Shown here: positions 37,834 through 39,962 of the stretch, in pieces
Numbering within the stretch: the first letter of the stretch is position 1
Layout: the number at the start of each line of letters is the position of its first letter
From: Thermostichus sp. DRC_bins_24
GTDB lineage: Bacteria > Cyanobacteriota > Cyanobacteriia > Thermostichales > Thermostichaceae
Direction: 5' to 3'
Length of the DNA: 39,962 nucleotides
Assembly (NCBI GenBank): GCA_039794845.1
Contig: JAUQVK010000041.1
Span: 1-39,962 of the forward strand
The notes under the pieces: generated by a model
Seen by the model: the letters and a program-made list of their open reading frames with translations, nothing else
The model's database searches: none
What the model was told of the DNA's origin: nothing
Position numbers and translations under genes: made by a program

Positions 37834-39186
37834 ATGCAGATCCCCAACGTCGGTCATTACGGGTTGCTCAATGCCCAGGTACCCCTCTCGGTGCTCAAAG
37901 ATGCGGTGCCAGGAGCCCATCCCAACCGGGATAACTTGCTGTTGCTGGATCTGGAAATTCGATCGGGGGTGATCGCCCAAATTCGACCGGCCAGTGGCAC
38001 ACCCTTCGACGGGATCCCCTGTGTGGATCTCAACCGCGGACAGGTGTGGCCCTGCTTTTTGGATATTCATACCCATCTGGACAAAGGGCATGTGTGGACA
38101 CGCACCCCCAACCCCGATGGCACCTTTGCCAGTGCCGCCCAGGCGGCCCGTGACGATTGGGAAAAGATGGGGCAGTTTTATGCCAACCATCCGGAGCAAT
38201 TCCGGGAGGATGTCTATCGCCGCTTCAATTTCGGCCTACGCTGCAGCTATGCCCATGGATCCCAGGCGGTACGCACCCACATTTCCTGTACCAGTCCCCA
38301 AACCATTGCCAACCTGGATGTGTTTGCCCAGTTGCGCCAAGAATGGGCAGGCAAGCTCGAGCTCCAGGCGGTCACGATCTTGGCCCTGGAGTATTTCCTC
38401 ACCTCAGAGGGGGAAAAACTGGCGGACAAGGTGGCGTCAGTGGGCGGGATCCTCGGCGGGGTGACGGCGATGGGGCCGGATTTGGATCGGCAGCTGGATC
38501 GGGTGTTTGCCCTGGCCAAAGAACGGGATCTCGATCTGGACTTTCATACGGATGAAACCCACGATCCGGGGGCGATCACCCTGCGGCACGTGGCGGCAGC
38601 GGCCTTGCGCAGCGATTTCCCCAACCAGGTGGTCTGTGGCCATTGCTGTAGTTTGGCCGTGCAACCGCCGGAGGTGGCCCAAAAAACCATGGAAATGGTG
38701 CAGGAGGCTGGAATTGCCGTGGTCAGCCTGCCCATGTGCAATCTCTATCTGCAAGCCCGCAACCCCGGTCACACCCCCTATTGGCGCGGGGTCACCCTGC
38801 TGCACGAACTGAAGGCCCTAGGGGTGCCGGTCATGGTGGCCAGTGACAACTGTCGGGATCCCTTTTATGGGTTTGGCGATCACGATGGCCTGGAGGTGTT
38901 CCGAGAGGCAACCCGCATTCTGCACCTGGATACCCCCTACGGAGACTGGCCCCAGGCGATTACCACCACTCCCGCCCGCATCATGGGCCTACCGGATCGG
39001 GGGCAAATTGGGGTTGGGCTGGGGGCCGACTTGGTGCTGTTCAAGGGGCGGGGCTTTGATGAGCTGCTCTCTCGCTCTCAACATGACCGCGTGGTGCTGC
39101 GCCAAGGGCAAGCAATCGATACCACCCTGCCCGACTACAGCGAGCTGGATGACCTGATGGTCAAAGTGGGGTCGGTATCGGTTTAG
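37834..39186 (+). CDS. codA: Cytosine deaminase-like amidohydrolase
   Basis: Motifs DIHTHLDK, AVRTH, DFHTDE, GHCCSL and ASDNCRDPF. Confidence 0.88.
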   Translation: MQIPNVGHYGLLNAQVPLSVLKDAVPGAHPNRDNLLLLDLEIRSGVIAQIRPASGTPFDGIPCVDLNRGQVWPCFLDIHTHLDKGHVWTRTPNPDGTFASAAQAARDDWEKMGQFYANHPEQFREDVYRRFNFGLRCSYAHGSQAVRTHISCTSPQTIANLDVFAQLRQEWAGKLELQAVTILALEYFLTSEGEKLADKVASVGGILGGVTAMGPDLDRQLDRVFALAKERDLDLDFHTDETHDPGAITLRHVAAAALRSDFPNQVVCGHCCSLAVQPPEVAQKTMEMVQEAGIAVVSLPMCNLYLQARNPGHTPYWRGVTLLHELKALGVPVMVASDNCRDPFYGFGDHDGLEVFREATRILHLDTPYGDWPQAITTTPARIMGLPDRGQIGVGLGADLVLFKGRGFDELLSRSQHDRVVLRQGQAIDTTLPDYSELDDLMVKVGSVSV

Positions 39187-39234
39187 AGTCTTTGTGGATA
39201 GGGCAGGGATCCCTTCTGTTGTGGATCCCCATAT

Positions 39235-39912
39235 CTAAACCTTCCCCCTCAAGCGCTCCTGTAACCAAGCCTGAATATCCGAGAGGCTTTGGGGGGAAAC
39301 CTCATGGCCCATCTCGTACTCGCGGTAGGTGAAGGGCAGGGGCAGTCGGGTGAAATAATCTCGGATCTCCCGGCCAAGAGCGATCGGCAGAACGGCATCT
39401 TCAGTTCCGTGTACCGCCAAGATCGCCAGGTTCTTCATCCGTTCGGGCTCCACCGCCTCAGCCACCACTTCTGCAGGCAAGCGCCCACTCATGGCGACGA
39501 TCCCGGCTAGCTTCTCTGGCTGGGTGAGGGCCAAATAGAGGCTCATGATCGCCCCCTGGCTAAACCCCATTAAATACACCTGTGTCGGATCGAGGGCAAC
39601 ATCCGGGATCCCGGCTCGCAACAATTGCTCCAGAAAGGTGCTCAGGAGCTTAAGGCTGTCTCGCGCTTGGGCGGGATCCCCCACCAGACCCTTTTCTGTC
39701 CAGGTCATCTCAAACCAGGCAAACCCTCCCATGCTGAGGGGAATCGGTGCTCTCAAACTGAGCACGGCAAAGCGCGGATCCAGATAAGGGGCCAGTTGGA
39801 TCAAATCCCCCTCGTGGCTGCCGATCCCATGCAACATCACCAACAGCGGCGCAGCTCCCGGGCTGGCTCGGCGGGGAGGCTGAAAGCGATAGACCAAAGG
39901 CAAGCTAAGCAT
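39235..39912 (-). CDS. Phospholipase/carboxylesterase (alpha/beta hydrolase)
   Basis: MLHGIGS, GFSQGA nucleophile, HGTED and MGHEV. Confidence 0.92.
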   Translation of the reverse strand: MLSLPLVYRFQPPRRASPGAAPLLVMLHGIGSHEGDLIQLAPYLDPRFAVLSLRAPIPLSMGGFAWFEMTWTEKGLVGDPAQARDSLKLLSTFLEQLLRAGIPDVALDPTQVYLMGFSQGAIMSLYLALTQPEKLAGIVAMSGRLPAEVVAEAVEPERMKNLAILAVHGTEDAVLPIALGREIRDYFTRLPLPFTYREYEMGHEVSPQSLSDIQAWLQERLRGKV

Positions 39913-39962
39913 CCCACCACTCTAGCCGCCAATCCAATACAGCGACAAAGGCAAAGCCACCT

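Larger units (their letters stand above)
1..39962. repeat. Highly iterated palindrome GGGATCCC (HIP1 variant)
   Basis: Visibly abundant in coding and non-coding DNA, e.g. 659-666, 1908-1915, 7673-7680, 8714-8721, 12331-12338, 20229-20236 and 37792-37799. Not exhaustively counted. Confidence 0.9.

Overview
This GC-rich cyanobacterial chromosomal window is saturated with the palindrome GGGATCCC, the HIP1 variant described for hot-spring Synechococcus/Thermostichus, so that lineage is inferred. Most of it is housekeeping: bolA, a GATC-type DNA adenine methyltransferase, rtcB, hemF, ycf34, NDH-2, proC-sepF-yggS, speB, ycf23, nadD, ruvA, sat, glgC, an ABC1 kinase, yggT and a cytosine deaminase. 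It also holds two large sensor kinases (one with a DXCF cyanobacteriochrome GAF) and an exported copper amine oxidase. The features most worth follow-up are: (1) a ~300-bp ORF-less IS200/IS605-type right-end/omegaRNA-like element whose terminus supplies the rtcB stop codon; (2) a full-length M3 peptidase homolog lacking its catalytic motifs, coupled between a hybrid kinase and the methyltransferase; (3) an orphan ParA plus coiled-coil partner resembling McdAB but with Tyr in place of the C-terminal Trp; (4) a 79-bp dispersed repeat in two copies; (5) an unlisted 58-aa ORF and a candidate sRNA; (6) decayed toxin-antitoxin remnants. No rRNA, tRNA or CRISPR array was seen. All calls come from reading the sequence; no searches were run.
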